Assembly (NCBI GenBank): GCA_964016885.1
Contig: OZ024741.1
Location: 375,782,001-375,846,000, forward strand
Direction of reading: 5' to 3'
DNA length: 64,000 bases
Source: Eledone cirrhosa
Taxonomy: Eukaryota
Part shown: positions 25,882-39,746 of the stretch, piece after piece
Layout: each line of letters starts with the position of its first letter
Numbering within the stretch: the stretch's first letter is position 1
Notes under the pieces: model-generated
Databases searched by the model: none
Told to the model about the DNA's origin: nothing
The model's input: only the letters and a program-made list of their open reading frames with translations
Translations under genes and position numbers: made by a program

Positions 25882-26200
25882 TACCAGTCCTGTTGGATCA
25901 AAGTATGCTTGAATTTCTTAATTCAGAAGCTACAGATAGGCACATTATCTTGAACCTTCAAAATCTGTAAAACATTCTTACGATTCAAAGGATGAAAGAT
26001 TAAACAAGGGACGGTGACAATTTCCGTTTCTTTAAAATCATGCCTCCGGGAAGGTATCTGGTCAAACATAAAGTCAGAATTAAGAGAAAGATTCAAACAT
26101 ACATTCATACAAAACCGACTATTTAATCTTAATAAAATGAATATTAAAACTCTATTTCGGTATTGAGTACTCTTTTCTCTCAATCGTCAACCACATACGG

Positions 26201-26280
<80 letters not shown>

Positions 26281-26514
26281 TCTACCGATTGTGTTGTTAT
26301 TTCTGTTTACCTTTTACATACATACATACATACATGGTGGCTGCCAACTCGCTCTCGAGCACGGCCACCACTTTATATCCATGCAGGAGAACTACCACCG
26401 ACATACATACATACATACATACATACATACATACATACATACATACATACATACATACATACATACATACATACATACATACATACATACATACATACAC
26501 ACATACATACATAC

Positions 26515-28942
26515 ATAAAAAGCAAAACTTTGTCCCTGAGACGAAGTATCTCACACATCGCAGTCGTTATGAAATGCAACATAGAGAGCAACTTCACACG
26601 ACACCAGGAAGACCTAAAATAAAAGTTAGAGAGACGATTTGGAGATACAAAATTTAAAACTTTAAACTCCAAATTACACCAGTTGAAACAACAAATCACA
26701 GCTACAACAGAAATACTAAAATATAAGTCAACAGCACATAAACGACAAGTGCTAAATAGATTGTTTGCCAGAGATCCTAAATCAGTTTATCGCAGCTTCG
26801 GTGGCAAAAGCTCAATCTCTGTAAATGACACCCCTTCAAAAGAACAGGTTGAGAGCTACTGGAGATCTGTATGGGAAACGGATGACGGATTCAACAGACA
26901 AACTAATTGGCTAAAAGAACTGGAACAGGACTACTGCCAACATGTCCAGACAAAACAATGTGACATAGATGGGTCAATACTGGAAACAGCTCTACAGAAA
27001 ATGTCGAATAGCAAATCACCAGGCCCAGACCTCATTACAGGATACTGATTGAAGAATTTCACTTTCTATCGGCAAGATCTCATACGGCTGTTTACAGAAA
27101 CCATTAAAGGCACACAAGAACTGCCCAGATGGTTATCAACTGCCACTACTCTCCTCATTCGCCAAAATAGCCAAACCACCCTTGCTAAAAATTACCGCCC
27201 AATAGCCTGCCAAAACATCATGTATAAATTATATACTGGGTGCCTTAACCTGTTCTTACAGGATCACTGTGCTACCAACAACATCATAAGACCTGAGCAA
27301 GCTGGCGGAAAGAGGGAGGTGTGGGGTTGCATAGATCACCTACTAACTAATAAAATGATTCAAGAAAAAAAAACAAAGAATCGCAGAAACATGACTGTGG
27401 TGTGGCTGGACTATCAAAAAGCATTTGATAGTGTACCTCATGGGTGGATTGGTAATGCTTTACAGTTAGCCAAAGTCTCACAGCCACTGGTAGCTGCTGT
27501 TGAACGTCTGACCAAGAACTGGTACACCAATTTGATCCTTAGAGGTGAGAAGGAGCAAGTTAAGACTGATAAGATACATTACCAGAAGGGCATCTTTCAG
27601 GGTGATAGCTTGTCAGTGCTACTCTTCGTTCTCTCACTAAATCCACAATCTTACCTACTCAGGAAACAAGGTGGACAAAGAAGTGGGTCCAGAAGTATCT
27701 CCCATCTTTTCTTTGTTGATGACCTGAAGTTGTATGGGCCAAATATCAATGACACCAAGAAACAATTGGACCTCATTACACAATTTTCAATAGACATCAA
27801 AATGAAATTTGGTGAGTCCAAGTGTGCATATTTGGCAGTAAAATGTGGAAGAGCTGTGCCCTCCTCTAGAAATCTAGAGATGAACGGCCTGACAATACAA
27901 CCTCTACAGTCAGGTGACAACTACAGATGTCTTGGACAGGATGAGAATGTCAGATATGATGGACCCATAAATAAGGAGAGAACCAGAACTGAATACCTCA
28001 GAAGAGTAAAGAAAATATGGTCATCAGAACTGTCAGCGTACAACAAATACATTGCCCACAATACTTATGCTGTACCAATTCTAACGCCAACATTTGGCCT
28101 ACTGAACTGGTCATTGCAAGAACTAAGTGAGATGGATGTTAGAACTCGCAAACTTCTCAAAAAGCCTTGCATAGAGTTCCTACAAGTTTATGACATCACA
28201 CCTTAAGGGATATCTCTATGCAATACAGGAACAAGAACTCCCTACCAAATATCTGCTGCACAAAAGGGGAGGTCCATCAGCTGACAATAAATGTAGGCTA
28301 TGTAAAACAAAGATCGAGGATGTAAGCCACATTGTTGCCAACTGCGAAAGATTGTCATCTCGCTACTACCTCCTCATGAGACACGATGGGATAGCTAGAA
28401 CCATCTGGAACGCACTTCGAAAAACAAATTAACAACAAACGAGGAAGAATATATTGAGGCAGATGGCACTAAGGAATACTGGTGGAACCTGAAAATAAAA
28501 ACTGCCACCAAATTAAAGCACAACCGGCCTGATATTGTTGTTTGGGACCATACATTGAAAACGTGTTCTGTTGTGGAGATCAGCTGCCCACTTGATGTAA
28601 ACCTTGTCAGAAAAATACAGGAGAAGGACGACATCTACGGACCATTGATGAGGAGTTTACAAATCCAGTATCAAGATACACCTTTAGCTTCATACCCATC
28701 ATTATTGGAGCTACGGGTTATATACCAACCCGCTTGGACCAAAGTATGACTGATCTTGGATTTGCGGACAAAGAGCGCAGCTCCCTAATTCATAGTCTAC
28801 AAATGGCTGCGATAGCTGGCACCTTCAAAATTTGCAAAACATTCTTGCGATTCAAGGAATGACAATTTCTTTTCTTTTACAACCTTTCCACCAGGAAGGT
28901 GGCCGGTTAAAAAACTCGAAATTAAGAGAAAGAGATAATAAC
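26515..28942 (+). mobile_element. R4/Dong-like non-LTR retrotransposon (RT plus CCHC and REL endonuclease), with stops, frameshifts and an internal deletion
   Basis: KSPGPD, NYRPIAC, WLDYQKAFDSVPH, GIFQGDSLS, HLFFVDDLKLY, CRLC...HIVANC, RHD, KHNRPDIVVWD; flanked by (CATA)n. Confidence 0.92.
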
Positions 28943-28969
28943 ATACATATATACATATATATATATACA

Positions 28970-29049
<80 letters not shown>

Positions 29050-29189
29050 TATATACACAGTTGATTCAGTGAATTACTGGTGGTACCAAAAACAAGCACT
29101 CTATGTACAGACAGAGTGTATATATTAAAAAAACCAAAAAAAAACCGTGAAGTTTCGTTTATATGTATTAGATTTATATTGTGTATCGA

Positions 29190-29279
29190 CCTGTTACACG
29201 CATTTCGCAGAGGATTGGCCCATGGTCACCCATAGGAGTTGGGGACCCGACTCCATTATATATCTGCTCTTCAGACTGG
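29190..29279 (-). ncRNA. Type I hammerhead ribozyme with large stem II insertion
   Basis: CCAGU-CUGAAGA-GCAGA...UCUGC-GAAA-UGCGUG-U-A-ACAGG. Confidence 0.7.
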
Positions 29280-29345
29280 AGATGCCACAAAAAAATATAG
29301 TGTTTTTATTTAAACATACATATAACACATTTAATATAGAAATGA

Positions 29346-29392
29346 CTTCTACAGACCTAGAACTGTTTCATTCGAAGGAAATCACCAGGAAA
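29346..29392 (-). ncRNA. Degenerate type I hammerhead (family C PLE 3' end)
   Basis: UUUC-CUGGUGA-UUUCCUUCGAAU-GAAA-CAG...CUG-U-A-GAAG; family fragments at 46005-46085, 49775-49895 and 50403-50480. Confidence 0.55.
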
Positions 29393-29629
29393 GCCGACTT
29401 ACATTGTGATGCGGTGGTATTGGTATGTTTTCTGGTGGTTGGGGAAAGTGGTGATTTTAAGGATGGGCAGATGTCATTTGTTGAGATATTTTAAGGAAAT
29501 GGGATTCTATGAAAAGCTATTTTTGATAGCCAACTTGATTGGGAACTATCGGTTTCAGTGTACACAAAAAGTCAAAATGCTTCAAACTCACTACCACACT
29601 TTTCCTTCTGTCCTGTCCATATTGCATGG

Positions 29630-29935
29630 TAAAGCGGCGAATTGGCAGAGTAGTTAGAACGTCGGATAGAATGGCAGAGTCGTTAGAACGTCGGATAGAA
29701 TGGCAGAGTAGTTAGAACGTCGGATAGAATGGCAGAGTAGTTAGAACGTCGGATAGAATGGCAGAGTAGTTAGAACGTCGGATAGGATGGCAGAGTAGTT
29801 AGAACGTCGGATAAAATGCTTTGCAATATTCGTTCCGGCTCTCTGCTCTCTGAGTTCAAATCCCGCCGAAGTCAACTTTGCATTTCATCCTTTCGAGGTC
29901 GATTAAAAAGTACCAGTCTAGTACTGAGGTCGATT
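29630..29935 (+). mobile_element. SINE with six tandem copies of its 29-bp A-box segment
   Basis: (TGGCAGAGTAGTTAGAACGTCGGATAGAA)x6, then B box GAGTTCAAATCC; related minus-strand copy at 19380-19490. Confidence 0.8.
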
Positions 29936-31279
29936 CTTACCCTACATCCCTCACACACACACACACACACACACTCTCTCTCTCTCTGTGTCTCTCTCTG
30001 CATGGTATACAAAAGACTTATGGTTTATCTCGAGAGTTAGCAAACAACGGTCTGCAGCTTTATTCCATCGACTTCATTGGCTATCCGATTTTGCATACAA
30101 AAATTCTTTCTTCTCTTATCGATCTTTGTTCATCACAACCTTTGTAGTATTTTTACATTTCTAAATCGTTCATATGCGTTATTTTGTGTTAAATTTCTGA
30201 ATCCCCAGTGATTTAGCAAAAACCAAATATTTTTTATTAACGTCATAAAACGAGGTTATAGTATTAAGAAATGCTTGCTGTTTTTGTTATATCACTGGTA
30301 AACACATTTATTTATTTTATTCTACATTAAACGCCAATGATGAAAAGCATTAAAGTAATTTAAAAACAAGCTATTTCTATAGCTTTGTTTTATCATGGTT
30401 TTATTCTTTATTCATTTTGGCCTAGCTGACATAAATGCATTTCCAACCCGACCCACCTCCTCTAACGATCGCCGATTACTGATTTAACTAGCCATGTTTT
30501 CTATATCTTGATCAATGTATATTAGTCTTTATATATGTAAGTAGCTTAATTCGAATCTGAAGATTATAAACCTTAGTTTGTATTTGATCTTTTACATGAT
30601 TTTCTGCAGTCGTTGTATCAAGCATCAGCAGGCTTAGACAAGTATTTTCACGTTAATGTCCTTCGTCAAGTACAGCATCATAGATCAACAACGAATTCAT
30701 CTATGAGTACTTTATCACTAAGTCAGTTTCTATCACACCATTTTACTCGAACCTACATCAAAGCCTCAGCATTGTCGCTCAACTTCCTAAAAATGGAAAG
30801 CAAATTTCCTTCTTACAAACCAATGACACATTAGAATCTAATGGTAATTATCATATATGACTACATCATCTAATGGTTAGATGATGTAGTCATATATAAT
30901 AAGAGCCAGAAAAATAAATCCTGTTGGTTAAGGCCGGATAGAATTTGGACATGAGTCTAACCAGATGTTTAAAAACAACAACAACAACAATGACGACAAC
31001 AACAACAACAACAATGACAACGACAACAACAACAACAAGAGCAACATTAAAATACTTCCATTTAACCAGTATGTTACTTTATTCCTCATATTGTCCTATC
31101 CGGTTTCTAACATAGAATATATGACCTGCTGTTATACTATTTTATTTCTACCCCAACTCTCATTTCCCCCCACCTCATGTCTCTGACCATTTCAATGTTC
31201 TTTTACCGTATTCATTTATTGAATTACTACCACGACGGATCACCCAAGAGATGGCAACATGAATGGACATATTATTTTT

Positions 31280-33760
31280 ATCTAAAGACATTTTTTCAAC
31301 TCCACCCGCCCGTCTCTTCAATCTATCTAATTTCTCATTCTTTCTTCTGATAAAGGACTAGCGTCCGAAACGTTAAAATCCTCTTCCTGCTATTTCAAGC
31401 GTTAACCTAATATATCCCTTCCATATACTGTACCGATTGTGTTGTTATTTCTATTTACCTTTTACATACATATATCAATGCTTACGTGGACCTCTCAAAT
31501 TCGTTGGATTTTCAAATTGGATTTTCACCCTAAAACTGGATATATACCCGGAGTTTACCTTAAATTCCACCAGGAAATCTTTTCGTATCACTGAAATTTT
31601 CTTTGCTTCTTGCATTATTTAAATATACCACGACTCTCTATCACTTTTCCTCTACTATAATCTTCTTAAACCACCTTCTTCTCACCCGTCTATTTTTCAC
31701 TCCCACCCTAGTACCTTCAACATACCCAATCTCACATCTCTTCTCCGCCACACCCTAGTACCTTCAACATACCCAATCTCACATCTCTTCTCCGCCACAC
31801 CCTAGTACCTTCAGCATACCCAATCTCACATCTCTTCTCCGCCACACCCTAGTACCTTCAACATACCCAATCTCACATCTCTTCTCCGCCACACCCTAGT
31901 ACCTTCAACATACCCAATCTCACATCTCTTCTCCGCCAGCTCCATTCCACTCGCAACCGCTTCCTCCACCTCTCCCATCTATATGCATCCAATCCTCCAT
32001 ATTTCCAACCTCATCTTCACCAAAACAAAATAAAACAGTCACATCACATTTTTAAGCTGCTGTCTCCACCACTCCGAGGTTTCCGCCTCAATTTTCACCC
32101 CACCTCTTACTCCACTCCCACCACTAAGCCTATCCTTACCCACTCCTCTCACCAGCTCATACGGGCGACTATCCGATCTACTGTCGTCCAAATCCGTTCT
32201 CTCGACCGAGATCTCCCCAAGGTCTACCTCCATCTCTCCTCTAATTGACACCCCCTCTTCGCCCAATCCCTTATCCAATTCATCCTTTACCCCAATCGCC
32301 TCCTCTTCGATTTCCTCACTTCCATAAAAAACAACAAACTCTGCTCCCCCTCTGCATCACCACCCATACTCATTTCACCTTCAACCCTAACCCCAATATC
32401 CCGTCTCCTACCACCCACTTTCTTCTCCCCACCACCGAATCTGCACACGCTTTGCCTAACCACCTTAACCCCTCCGCCAATTTCATTCCCTCACGTCCCT
32501 CTGTTGTCACCATACACCAGGACCTACCACTCTCCGAAGCTGAGCGCTCTCTCCTCGCCCGGGATTTGCGTTTTATACTAACCACATCAACCTGCGATGA
32601 GTTTCGCACACGTGCCGAGATTGAGGGGTTCTTCCGTCGACTAAAGCTGAAAGCTTTTTTTCACGACACGCCATCATCGATACAGACGGATGACTTCACT
32701 CGTCTCAGACGCCGGCAAACACATTGGACGCCCTGCTCTGGCCAGTTCAGCACCCTCGACTCCTTTGTCGATACTTGCCGGTGAACTGTGAACCGGTTCC
32801 GTTTCCACCAGCATTCTCGTCGCTCTAACATTATGCGGGCTGAGCTCTCCGCTCTTCGCAACCTACGGCGTTGCGATGACATTGTCATCAAACCCGCTGA
32901 CAAAGGTGGGGCATGGTGGTTTGGAGTGTTGACCTTTATAAAGCTGAGTCCCTCCGCCAACTTCACGATACCCTTTTTTAAATCTTTTTTTTACCGCTCC
33001 TAGCTACCAACAACTCGTGTCCTCCACCATTCACCAGCTCATCTCCTCCTCTCTCCTACGCCCCACAGCCACCAACCTTATAGTACGCACTCCTCCACAA
33101 CCACCATCTACTTCCTCCCCAAAATACACAAACAAAATAATCTTGGCAACTGCCTCACCGAGAACGTCCTCCCCTCCAACATACACGACACCAATCATGC
33201 CCTTAGACTCTTTAACTCCTTCTCCTTCCCTCCTGGCCCTTGTTGCCTTTTCTTCACCCTGGACATCATCTCTCTCTATACCGCCATCCCTCATGATGAC
33301 GGCCTCCGCACTCTCCGACACTTTGTTGACTTACGCCCTACTCTTTACCCTAGCACTATCACTCTTCTCCGTCTGGCTGAGCTTGTTTTGACCCTCAATG
33401 GCTTTTCCTTTTCCGGTGAATTCTATCAGCAGGTCTCTGAGGTAGCGATGGGAACCAGAATGGGACCAAACTATACCAACTTGTTTGTTGGCTACGTAGA
33501 AGCCCAGATCTTCTCCCAGTACGATGGACTTACTCCTGAGCTATACGGTCGTTATATCGACGATTGTATCGGCGCCACCTCTCTATCACGAGAACAGCTC
33601 CACTGATTTCTATCTTTTGTCCAATCTTTTCATCCAGCTCTCACCTTCACCACATCCGTCTCCGATTCTTCTGTCCCCTTTCTCGATATCTCTCTATCTA
33701 TAAATCACTCTCATCACACCCTCTCTACTTCCATCTTCTATAAACCGACCGGCTCCCACT
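31280..33760 (+). mobile_element. Degenerate Penelope-like element with 5' pLTR (family B hammerhead at 31343-31378)
   Basis: LSEAERSLLARDLRF, IVIKPADKGG, AMGTRMGPNYTNLFVG, YGRYIDD, PFLDI, YKPT; many frameshifts; interrupted at about 33762 by an RTE. Confidence 0.85.
31703..31938. repeat. 47-bp tandem repeat x5
   Basis: CACCCTAGTACCTTCAACATACCCAATCTCACATCTCTTCTCCGCCA repeated nearly perfectly. Confidence 0.9.
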
Positions 33761-33764
33761 GCAA

Positions 33765-36552
33765 AGTCTACACAGATTCATGAATGTGCTCTCCCAAAGC
33801 CGAAAGGAAAGTTAGTACCGGATGGCAGTAGAGCAAAGGCAGACTGTTGAGCTGCAAACAGTATACTAATGTAGCAACTATGAACGTAAGAACTTTACGC
33901 TTAGAAAGCAAGCGAACAACGGCAGACCTCATACAGTCCCAATACTGGGTATCGTGGACGACAAAATCGTACATGATGAGGATATATTGTACTAATATGT
34001 CGAAGATAGATCAATTATTATATCTTCAGCCAGGAGCGGTAGAAGGTGATCTATCCAACGTGGAACCGTGGAGCAAAAGAATCATCATTGCTAATTTCAG
34101 TGGTAATCCAGCATTCACCATTATTGTCCCAAACTCGCCAGTGGAGGGGAGTGATGAAGCTGAGGAACACTACAAGCAGTTAGCAGCCGCAGCAAAGGAG
34201 GTCCCGAAACACAATATGTTGGTTATGATGGGAACTACAACGCATATCTTGGGAGAGACGTTGGTAAATATACATTTCATGAGTCAAGCAACAGTGAGCG
34301 ATTTCGTAGATGAAGTAGGACTTTTCATCACCAATACTTCATTTCAGAAAAAAGCTAGGAAAGCTTTGGACTTACGTATCAGATATGAGTGGCACCAAGT
34401 CTCAAGTCAACTACATTATGGTAAAAAAAAAAAAATGGAAAAAATGGCAAAAAAAAAAAAAAATGAAAAAGCTTAAATTAAGCTTGAGAACCAGTAAAGC
34501 GTTATTCACCAGAGTCAACTATGATTGGACTTCACTAAGGGATCTTTATTTGAGCGATCTTTATACTGTTACTATTAGAAACAAGTATGCAAGCTTGTGC
34601 ACAGAAAACCAATCCATCACCGAGACATACGCTCACCTAATTCAAGCAAATGACGATGCAGCCGAAGAGTTTCTTCCACGAAAAAAGAAAAACAAAAAGA
34701 AACAAATATCGGCTGATCTGCGAGTCATCGATGCAAGAGAGAAAATTCGGAAGGCTTCTGGGGCAAACACGGAGAATCCAACAGAGCGTAATCGCCAGAA
34801 ACTTCAACGATGCAAGAGTATTCTGCAGAAGGCATGACACTGTTTCTGAGGAAGAATTAGATAAATTGATAGCTGAAGTAGAATCTGCAGATGTGAAATC
34901 AAAGCATAGAGAAAGCTGGAAGCTAATAAACGAGATCACTGGGAGGAAATCTGTCAAACAAGCCATAATAAAAGTAAACTCTAAGGAAGATCGCATCAAG
35001 AAGTGGTACTCACACTTCAAGGAATTACTTGGGAAAGAGCCTAAAGTTGTGGGTGAGATCGGCGAAATTGCACAGGGCTGAAAAATCTGGGAATTTCAGA
35101 CACACTCTTCACACCTGCTGAATACTCAATAGCCAAGAAGTCACTGAAGGAGGGGAAAGCCTTTGGATCTGATGGCATCGGTTCGGAAGTTCTCAAGCAT
35201 TGCAGCCTGGATGACATGATGCTCGGCTATGTCAACAAACTGATGGTCGGCGAAAGCCTGACCAATAGTCAGAAAGTGATATGAAGCCACTACCAAAGTC
35301 GGGTGATCTCGGTTATACAGACAACTACAGGGGAATAGCTTTGTCCTCCATTGCAGCCAAATTGGCAAATCGAATGCTCCTCAACAGAATTCGACCAAAC
35401 GTCAATCCACAACTACATCCGAACCAGAATGGCTTCCGACTATTGCGCATATTCTTGCATCGAGGAGATTAATCGAGGGTGTCCAATCACACAACCTAAA
35501 GGCTGTCTTGACGTTTGTAGACTTTCGAAAAGCATTCAACAGCATCTACCGAGGGCGAATGTTCCAGATCCTGAGAGCATATGATGTGCCTGAAAAGATA
35601 GTTCAAGCTATAGGTCTGATGTACGAGGATACTCGAACTCGCGTATTGACACCGGACGGAAACACTGATTACTTTGAGATTCTCGCAGGTATTCCCCTTG
35701 GTGACACGCTTGCACTCTTCCTATTTGCAATTGTCCTTGATTATGCAATGAGACAGACCATTCATGGGAAGGAAGAAGAGTTGGGTTTTAAATTGGATCG
35801 AAGGAGAAGCTGTCGTTACCATCCAAAAGTTGTCACTGACACAGATTTCGCCGATGACATAGCCTTGATCACAGAGGAAATCAGCCAAGTACAAGCACTG
35901 CTCACACGTGTCGAGGTTGAATCAGGCAAAATAGGACTGCATCTCAATGCAAAGAAGATCGAAACATGCACTACAATCAGGTTGATCCAGCATCAGTTCT
36001 TGCTAAGGACGATACAACAATCAGAACAGTTGAGAACTTTAAGTATCTTGATGCATGGATGCACAGCTCATGCAAGGACTTTGAAGTTAGAAAACCACTA
36101 GCATGGTCGGCATGCCACAAGTTACTGAAGGTGTGGATGTCCGACCTAAACCGCAAAATCAAGGAGCACTTCTTCCTGGCAACTGTTGAATCCGTCCTGC
36201 TTTGAAGCAGTGAAACGTGGACTATTGAGTAAGTACTATGCAAGAGACTTGACAAATGTTACACGAGGGTGCTGAAAATGGCTCTCAACATTTCTTGGAA
36301 ACAGAAGCTGACAAATAAAGAACTATACAGATTACTACCACCAGTCTAAAAAAATGTTGCCTGCTGACGAATGAAACTGGCTGGACACTGCATCCGTCAT
36401 CCAGAAGAGACAGCATCACAACTTGTGCTCTGGAAACCGGCGGTCGGACGAAGAAGTGTGGAAAGACAGGCCGTCTCATTCATTAATACCCTGCTGAGCG
36501 ATGTCAACATTGATAACATCGACGAACTGAGAAAGGTCATGCTCTACCGGGG

Positions 36553-36555
<3 letters not shown>
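33765..36555 (+). mobile_element. RTE-group LINE, near full-length but frameshifted (APE endonuclease plus RT)
   Basis: VATMNVRTL, NYRGIALSS, FVDFRKAFNSI, GDTLALFLF, DFADDIAL, FKYL, LAGHCIRH. Confidence 0.88.
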
Positions 36556-36614
<59 letters not shown>

Positions 36615-36622
<8 letters not shown>

Positions 36623-36920
36623 AGATCAAAAGATGGTTAAATGAGTTCCATGTATTTTATTATGCGCATTTCAAAAACAAATATCATCATGCAATAACAT
36701 TTGTGTTTTCATCAGATAAAATAGGAGGACATGATATGAAGGTTAAAAACACTTGTTGATTTAAAACTGCACTATCCACAAGTGTTTTTAACCTTCATAT
36801 CATGTCCTCCTATTTTATCTGATGAAAACAACAAATGTTATTGCATGATGATATTTGTTTTTGAAATGCGCATAATAAAATACATGGAACTCATTTAACC
36901 ATCTTTTGATCTTATATATT
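36615..36920. mobile_element. ~300-bp fold-back palindrome with a hammerhead in each arm (36811-36882 +; 36653-36723 -)
   Basis: UAUUUUAU-CUGAUGA-long AU-rich stem II-GAAA-UGCGCA-U-A-AUAAAAUA; near-perfect inverted arms; in TA/CA repeats. Confidence 0.85.
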
Positions 36921-37004
36921 ATGTATACTCCAGTCCTACAAACTGTAGAGTGCTTCTTATCCGATATCTGCATTGCTTTATTGTACTACAATAAAACTCA
37001 CCTC

Positions 37005-37130
<126 letters not shown>

Positions 37131-37812
37131 ATATTATATAGAAATGAACACACAAATGAGTGTATTTTTGAATTACATGGGCTGAAAACCACTTTGGTAC
37201 AATGCATATAATCTACGAAAAACCGGACAATACACAATAACCGGAAGAAGTGAATTAAAATGTACTAACCATTTCAATAACTATTAAACTCCTGGAGAAA
37301 CTACAGATAGAGTTTGTTTCGCCGAGAATTAGTGACTGTGTCATAGAATCTCAGGGCTTCTCAACAGGAGTAAAGATTGTTGGAACAGCACTCCTAGAGA
37401 TAATTTAGGTAACTAAATATCGAACGTGGTATAATGAGATAACAAGTAAAACCATGTGCGATAGACTGCACATAGAGACATGAGTGGATCGTAAAACGGC
37501 TAAAAATGGCAGCCTAAAGCCACTCAACTTCAAAGGCTCAACAAACAATTCGGTTCCGCTAGGAACCGAATTCAAATGAATAACCGGAGTTAAATACTCG
37601 CATTAATACCCTGTAATTAATGAGCTCAAAGTATAAAAACTGAGCTCTTAACAATATAATATATTGAAATGAACACACAAAGAAATGTGTTTTGAATTAC
37701 ATGGGGGGAAAACCACTTTGGTGCAATGCATATAGTTCTCGAAAAAACGGAAAATACGTAATAACCGGAAGAAGTGAATTAAAATGTAGTAAACATTTCA
37801 ATAACTATTATA

Positions 37813-38132
37813 TCTATCTATATACTACTCTGTGATTACTTGCTTGCTTGTCTGTAATGTAATACAGCCCAAAAGCGCGCATAATGAAAAAAAAGGCTGA
37901 AAGGAAGTTGACCCTGAAATGGGATTACAAATGGAATAAAACAAGTTTCGCATAAATCGGAACACAGGTTCCGAGATATGGGGTTTTTCCGGGTACCTTC
38001 ATAAACAGTTTCATTTCACATTATATACATGTCTGTGTATATTTTAATTATTTAAAAATTATTTTTAAGTGAACATGATTTGAAAAAAATATTTTGAAGT
38101 GAATGTGACCCAACAGGTCACGGGTGGTCTAC
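37813..38132 (+). mobile_element. Non-autonomous Helitron-like element
   Basis: 5' TCTATATACTAC; 3' GACC..GGTC hairpin plus CTAC (CTAG in the homologue at 56699-57354). Confidence 0.6.
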
Positions 38133-38524
38133 TATATATATACATATTTCGTTTTTGAATTGGTTTTGCGAGATTTCATATCTGAAAACTTGTGTTGAAA
38201 CAGATGTTGTTATACTTTGGGAGGGACATGCTGTCAATAAAAACACGCGCACCTGTTTGTTTTCACATCAATTTATTATAAATTGAAGTATAACAATATA
38301 TATATATGTGTGTGTGCGTGTTTGTAAAAAGTAAACAGAAATGACAACACAATCGGTACAGTATATTGAAGGAATATATTAGGTTAACGCTTGAAATAGC
38401 AGGAAGAGGGTCTTAACGTTTCGGACGCTAATCCTTCAGCAGAAGAAAGAATGAGAAATAATATAGATTGAAGGGACGGGCGGGTTGGAATTGGAAAAGA
38501 TGTCTTTAGATAAAAATAACAGGT

Positions 38525-38590
<66 letters not shown>

Positions 38591-39208
38591 AAAAAGGGAT
38601 GAAATCGAAAATGCAACTGAAGTCTTATTTTTTTAAAAATATATATATTTATTTGATTCCTTTACCGGTTTCGCAGTTCTTCTGCTTTTCAAAAGGTGAG
38701 TTGAGATGGAGGGTCTGTGGTTTTTCTCACATCTGGTTGGTCTCTAAATGTTACTTGTTTTATATGGAAAAACTGGCTCGAAAACCAAGTTTTTCGAGAA
38801 GTAATTTGATTGGTTTGTCAATAATTATAATAAATTTCGCGCCAGTTCGCGTTACAATAGTTCTTCAAATAAGAGAGGGGGGGGGGTTTGTCACAGGTTG
38901 TTTTTTCATATATGAGTGTTTGAATTTCTTTTTACTTGAAAAAATGAGGCTCACGAAGGCTTTTTTTTGGTTGGTTATAAATGAAATTTGGCTGTCACGT
39001 GAACAAGTTTTCATTACATTTTTGCGCCCTTATTTGGAAAACTATTCTGTAGTCTATAGTGAATGTTATGACGATGGAGAGATAGTGGTCAAGGGAAAAG
39101 GGATTGGGAGAAATGTTCTGGTTCAGTGAATATGGCCAGCTGTCAGAGTTCAGGTGTCAGAGTTCAGATTTTCTATTGAGACTGAAGATATGTGTTTATT
39201 TGTGTGCT

Positions 39209-39247
<39 letters not shown>

Positions 39248-39497
39248 ATTGGAAGATGATTCTATTAGTAGAGATGGGGGAGGGAGTTGTGTGTGTGTGT
39301 ATATGGGTGTTATGTGTGTGTGTGCGAGTATGTTAGATAGAGAGAATATATATTTTTTGTGTGTGTGTATATATATATGTGTGTAGGAAAGTGGTTCTAT
39401 TAGTAGAAATGGGGAGGGTGTTGTAGGTGTGGGGGTTTTTATGTGTGTGTATGGGTGTTATGTGTGTGGGAGTATGGTTAGCATGTTAAGATGAAGA

Positions 39498-39542
<45 letters not shown>

Positions 39543-39746
39543 GTGTGTGTATGTGTGTGTGTAGGAAAATGATTCCTTTAGTAGGAATATTTTTGAATGA
39601 ACATATTTTCCTGACTTTTTCGTGTTTGCTGTTGTATTGCCAGTGCAAACGTATGTTTAAGGTTTATTTAGTTCGGGTTTTTATTTTCTAAAGTAGGTGT
39701 TATGTGTGTGTGTGTATGTCATATTGTGGTGTTGACATAATGTATA

